Shown here in pieces: positions 59,681 through 64,000 of a stretch of DNA of 64,000 nucleotides. The position numbers and the translations under genes were made by a program. Every line of letters begins with the position of its first letter. Positions within the stretch are counted from its first letter, which is position 1. The notes below the pieces were generated by a model. It did not search any database and had not been told where the DNA came from. It saw only the letters and a program-made list of their open reading frames with translations. This stretch comes from Nemertoderma westbladi (taxonomy: Eukaryota; Animalia; Xenacoelomorpha): assembly GCA_032718475.1 (NCBI GenBank), contig JAUCBJ010001973.1, positions 1-64,000 of the forward strand, read 5' to 3'.

Positions 59681-62600
59681 TACCTTCTTCTATTGTAGGA
59701 ATTGGGCTCTACAGCCTCTTGAGTAAAGAATCGTACGGCGTGTTCATCCCGAGTTCTCGCGTTGTAGCGATCGATCACGTCATTCAGTTCATCATTATAG
59801 TTGACTTGTCCTGATGGACGAATGAGTTGACATAGGTTCACTTGATTTTGCCAAGTTTCGTTTTCCGTAAGGAGGTCGATGGTATTTTCCTCGTCAAAGA
59901 GTTGGTAGATATTGTCATTATCTGAGGAGTATGGTGTTCCCTCAGTTGGATCGTCCACCTCACTGCTCTCCACTTCCCATTCACTTACTTGGTAGACCCG
60001 TTCTTTGGGTAGTCTTTCCATGAGAGTTCTACGGGAAGGGCCAGTAAAGTACCAACCTACTCTAGTTCTTCCCGCATAGACTTGTAGTGGTTGCGGTTGA
60101 GCAGGCCGTTTTTCCAATGTCTCAAGCGCCTCATGTGCATTTTGGCCGATGAGTATTTGCACTCCAGGGTAGTCTGTGTTGAACCTAGGTATTTTAAGCT
60201 GCTGGGTACAATCATCCTCGTCCCAGTTATAAGGTTCCACTTGGCTGGTAGCGAAGTTCTTTATTGCCACCATTTTTACTGACCTTATACTGTGTTCTCC
60301 TAGTTCATCCTGGGGGGTGGACAACGCTCCTACATAGTAATCGGCAATTACTGTAGATTTCCAAACCTGCATAATTCCTGACATGTTTAACTTAGTTCGG
60401 AACTTGGGTTGTCCAGCAAAGATGTCTTCGGCTAGTTCTTGGTCAATGAATGTTCCTGTGCTGCCGGAGTCAAGAAGGGCGTTCACTATATAACTTTTGT
60501 CAGGACCGTGGACTCTCAACTGCACTACGGGAAATTCCCGGATTCCTACATTGGAAGTTGGTGCTTTCCAAGATGGTTGTCGATCGGGAGTAGTTAGGGG
60601 GGACTCACTGTCGGTGTCCTTTTCATACGTAAGTGCTCGATACACTGCGGTATTTATTAAGTAACAGGATTCGCCTTCGTCGGAGAATTCGTCCGTATAG
60701 AATCCTTCCATCTCAGAACTTTGGTCAGTGTCGTTCACATCACTGAATTGGACATGTAGTTCGGACTCACTTACCTGACTCGGGCTGTTTCGTTCGAATT
60801 CAGTGTGCAACAAGATATGATGCTTTGCGCCGCACTTGGCACACCTTGCGTCGGAGTAACAGGTTCGCCGTTGGTGTCCTTGTCTGAGGCAATTATAACA
60901 CAACCGCTTATCCCACATGACTTCACGTCTATCCTTTAATGATTTCTTTAGGAATTCATCACACGCATTTAAACGGTGGGGCCCGTCACACAGCGCACAT
61001 TTCGGTTTGATGTTACTTACCTTATTAAGAGTAACGTTGTGCACACTCGTTCTTTCCTCGGGCTTTCTCACATGAATTCTCTTAGGAGACGTAGGAGGAG
61101 TTTTTCTTACCTGTTCTCTCCTGTCATTGGTTCGAGACTTGAATTTACTTACGTCTTTGGGCGTTTTGTTTACATAGTAAGATCTTTCAGTATCTTTCCC
61201 GCTGTCTTCTTCTTGAGAAGCCTGGCTTTCGCCATCGTCGGTATAACACACTGGTGTTACCTTTCTCCTAGAAACGGGTTTCTCACTTACCTTATTTTCC
61301 ATTGTCTTCTCTCTGGACTGCTTTAGGAGCTGTAGTTTTACCTCGCCATCCAAGAATGACATGAGATCAGCCATGGTAGGGTCTCGTCGTTGTTGTTCCA
61401 TCATATATAACACTTTCTTGTCCCAACGTGTACCTACTCCACCCTTCGGCAAAGTAGATGCTACGGCTCCAATAACCATAGAACTCTGATATTCATGAGA
61501 CTTACCTAGCCAATCTAATTGTCTACAGATCTCCTGAATCTCATCGGAAAACTCGATAATCCCGCTGCTAATGAACTTTCGGGGCGCTACCAATTTTGCA
61601 TACAAATACCTAGCTATGTTATTCCTATTACCATACCTGATGTTTAATATATCCCAAACTTGTCTTAATCCATCTGGATGTCCAATAAACTTTAACGCCA
61701 TTAACTTGGGAGACCCTTCCAAGCACTCGATGAGGAATCTAAGCTTTTCTCCGTTAGATAACACGGAGTTCTGTATCACGGTCTGTAACACGGAGTTATC
61801 TTTGTAATATTCATTAAAAGGTAACCATTTCATCTCATCTCCATTGAACTTGACGATCTCTCCCACCTTTACCGCTTGACGGGCTTCGGTTCTAGCCATT
61901 TGACACGTAAAACTTTCTTGGGCCATCATATTATTTAATATCGAATTATCGGTATATAAATTTCTAGGATTATGATCAGTTCTATATGGAATATCACTGT
62001 CAACAGGTTTATAATTACCCTTAATAGGGTTTACTATAGGAGTTTCTACTTCACTAGCAGTATAGATGCGTGTAGGCTCCACACCTTGCGCATGAAATAC
62101 TTCAGACCTAACAGGTTGACACATTGTTACAGGGGGTGGTGGGATACCCTTTTGTATATTTACCAATTTATCGCGTTCTAACGCGATATTCTGCTGCACT
62201 TCTTGCAACTCTAACCTACTCTCTCTGACTGTTCCATTTAACTGCTGAACAGTCCCTTCCAACTCCCGGACCTGCTGTGAGGAACACGCCCGGTGTTCTC
62301 TCATCTGGCCGAGCAAGAGACTCATCTCCCACCGTCCCTCCTCAACCCACTCGCCCGCTGAAGCGGGAGCCGCTAACCTAGTAGCGGGCGGACGGGGGAC
62401 AACGGGCGACAAATCATTAATATTTCGCTCGGAGTCCAGGACAGGAACTGTCTCAGAGGTTGTTTTGCTGGGCACAGGTAGTTTAGTGCTGTGCAAAGGG
62501 AATTTAGAAGTAAGTTCTGTGAGTACAGGTGTCTCTCTCACCGAAGGGGTGGCTTCGAGTACAGGCCTAATTATTTCAGGTTCATCCACTATAGTAGGGA

Positions 62601-63978
62601 GTCTTTCTACTTTAATAATTTGGTCTGTACTACCTAATTCTGTACTACCTAAGTCTGTGCTAGCTAGTTGTCTTCTAACGGCTGGTGGCAAATTAGGCAA
62701 TTTCTGACGATGGGGCGTTCTTCTCCGCCTAATGGTACGAGATCTATTTCCTCCACCTTCAGGATCTGTGGTGTCGCCTTCATCGGATGATGTAAATCCT
62801 TGTCTTTTGGGAGTAGATTTACTTATCATCTGCCACTGACTCGCTGTTCTCTGTTTATCGATATAATCTTGCTTCTCTTGAAGATTTTCCAACTCTAGTT
62901 GGGCGGTCTCTTCAAACGCCTTCCGTTCTACTTCTGCTATTGCTCGCTTTCTTTCCGCTTCTGCCTCTGCCACTGCCGCTTTTCTTTCCACTTCTGCCGC
63001 TTTTCTTTCCGCTTCTGCCACTTTTCTTTCCGCTTCTGCCTCTGCCGCTGCCGCTTTTCTTTCCACTTCTGCCGCTTTTCTTTCCACTTCTGCCTCTGCC
63101 GCTGCCGCTGCTGCTATCTTTCTGTCTTCTATACGTTTTTTCTTTACTTGTTCTTCTTGAACCCTAACGATGCGGATGCTTTCATCAAATTTAGCTTGGT
63201 TCGCAGCTAACATTTCCGCATCTATTGCGTCCAACACCAACTTGGCTCCTTCACTATTAGGACGAAGTCCATCTAACCTTCTCCTTAACTCTTCATCACC
63301 TAGAAATTGTTGATAGTCTGACAGATAGATGTCAATAGCGTCCCTCTCATGCGGTTTCTCTGCTGTCACTTCACTTTCCACTTGAGAGAAGGCAGCGTCG
63401 GTTTATTCTCCATGGGCTGAGCGATCAGCCAGCTGAGATTTCCACTGGGCTGTTCCTTGAACTTTGAGACTCACACGCTGAAACCAAGTCTTTACGGCAA
63501 ACTGCAACGACGTGTCCTGTCTTCTTTTCGAAGCTTCCTCAAAGGCCGATAGGATTAGTCTGATTCGTAGAGTTCTTTCTCGTACTTGATAAAGCAGCTC
63601 TCCCTGCTCTTGAGGTCCTTGGGGTTGTCGAAACAGTTGTTCTTCTAATCGCTCCAAAGAGCCGAAGAATCCCTGTACATATCCTGCTGCCGACCTCTTC
63701 CACACAGCTGGATCTATTGTGTCTTTTGTCACTCCCATCCTGTGTATGTCTTCCCAGGTAGCTTCTGATAAGTCAAACGGGAGTCCGGGTCCGGGGAAGT
63801 TCGATTGTGACTCGACAATAGACTTCAGTTCCTCCTTGGTGTATCCCGCATAACTGTCCTTGGTCGATCGCCTACCTCTCGCCCAATCAAGTTGGTGTTC
63901 CTCCACCGCAATCAATACCGTAGTTAGTACTGCTGCAGGAAGAATGAGAAGGGGATCCGAATAAACTGTATCTTTCAT
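59680..63978 (-). pseudogene. BEL/Pao gag-protease (one in-frame TAA at 63403-63405)
   Basis: KFNGD...W; CALCDGPHRLNAC, CYNCLRQGHQRRTC, CAKCGAKHHILLH; ALLDSGSTGTF; AERKAAE coiled-coil repeat at ~62930-63115; both ORF-track pieces share a frame. Confidence 0.93.
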
Positions 63979-64000
63979 CTTTTCTCCGCGCTCGGGTGTC

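Larger units (their letters stand above)
50475..64000 (-). mobile_element. BEL/Pao retrotransposon 3 (gag-pol, long 3' region with accessory ORF, PPT, 3' LTR); 5' end outside the window
   Basis: Complete gag-pro-RT-RH-IN motif order on the minus strand; PPT TGGGAGCGG then TGTAAAAGC. Confidence 0.93.

Noticed and set aside
62899-63210. Cys/Phe-rich and Leu/Pro-rich plus-strand ORFs
   Set aside because: Antisense translations of the AERKAAE coiled-coil repeat in gag
63382-63405. Programmed readthrough between two gag ORFs
   Set aside because: The element has other disabling lesions; a simple nonsense mutation is more parsimonious

Overview
This is an AT-rich animal (invertebrate-like) genomic window made almost entirely of nested, mostly decayed mobile elements. 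It holds three BEL/Pao LTR retrotransposons: (1) the 3' half of one at 1-7158 (+), ending in a PPT and LTR; (2) an LTR-less gag-pol at ~7700-15030 (+); (3) one at 50475->64000 (-) with its 3' LTR, plus a related solo LTR at 46702-47996 with a GTGAT TSD. A deleted Polinton/Maverick (adintovirus-like) element spans ~15030-30500: PC4-like ORF, dUTPase-like ORF, truncated pPolB, integrase, two tandem minor capsid genes, DEDD-like ORF, core protein, major capsid and adenain. A near-intact LINE is inserted in it. The window also has three more LINE relics, MITE/foldback/Helentron-like repeats and three exons of a DEG/ENaC channel (pseudo)gene. The best candidate for an undescribed system is in BEL/Pao element 1. 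Between integrase and the 3' LTR it carries an extra ORF, hidden in the ORF track by a MITE insertion, one stop and two frameshifts. It reconstructs to ~850 aa with a DEDDy (RNase D/WRN/MUT-7-like) 3'-5' exonuclease, a coiled coil and three CCHC zinc knuckles, and is preceded by an array of small hairpins. Other notable items: a membrane-anchored, motif-degenerate dUTPase and duplicated penton genes in the Polinton, a hairpin repeated six times in all three reading frames of BEL element 2, and an orphan accessory ORF plus a 1.25-kb tandem duplication in BEL element 3. All assignments are by-eye motif recognition; no searches were run.
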